Shown: piece by piece, positions 63,800-64,000 of the stretch | Layout: each line of letters starts with the position of its first letter | How positions within the stretch are numbered: the stretch's first letter is position 1 | Assembly: GCF_018977255.1 (NCBI RefSeq) | Contig: NW_024704742.1 | Location: forward strand, 10,728,001 to 10,792,000 | Length of the DNA: 64,000 nt | Direction: 5' to 3' | Source: Callorhinchus milii | Taxonomy: Eukaryota | The notes under the pieces: model-generated | Told to the model about the DNA's origin: nothing | The model's database searches: none | Seen by the model: the letters and a program-made list of their open reading frames with translations, nothing else | Made by a program: the position numbers and the translations under genes

Positions 63800-64000
63800 A
63801 ATATAATCTTTGCATTTGATGCAGCACCTTATCACATCTTTGAGATGTCTCAAAGCACTTCATAGAATATACTGTAAAGTCAATTGACTGTACACTTTGT
63901 GGTCGAAATGCGGCAGCCAATTGCATACAGCAGTGGATTGAGCCACCAAATTATTATTATTTATTTATTGGAAGATATTATTATCCCTGGAAAAGCGATC
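63800..64000 (-). mobile_element. tRNA-Ala SINE long variant, runs off the window end
   Basis: Tail, body and CCCTGGAAAAGCGATC. Confidence 0.8.

Overview
Repeat-rich, AT-rich vertebrate genomic DNA, probably intronic or a gene desert. The repeat inventory suggests a cartilaginous fish, possibly a chimaera; this is inference from recalled repeat consensus sequences, not a database result. I cannot support any cellular protein-coding exon, and the recognisable ORFs are transposon-derived. Main contents: (1) a decayed Helitron with both termini intact (A|TC at 5955 to CTAG|T at 11061), a Rep-PIF1 helicase pseudogene and nested L2, CR1 and SINE insertions; (2) a young, apparently full-length single-ORF L2 LINE (20199-23827, minus strand, 7-bp TSD) and two 5'-truncated sister copies, one sharing two frameshifts with the long copy; (3) dozens of copies or fragments of a tRNA-Ala-headed SINE (long and short variants) and older SacSINE1/Deu-like SINEs, all ending in the same two-tier stem-loop as the L2s, with compensatory base changes; (4) several 45-75 nt insertions made of only that stem-loop plus tail; (5) CR1 fragments, AmnSINE2-like relics, a palindromic MITE-like family, a Penelope-type minimal hammerhead motif, an (ATCT)n microsatellite and several repeat-free blocks that look like conserved non-coding elements. 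The closest thing to a system is a local L2-driven retrotransposition network that appears to work in trans through one RNA hairpin. Boundaries of old repeats are approximate.
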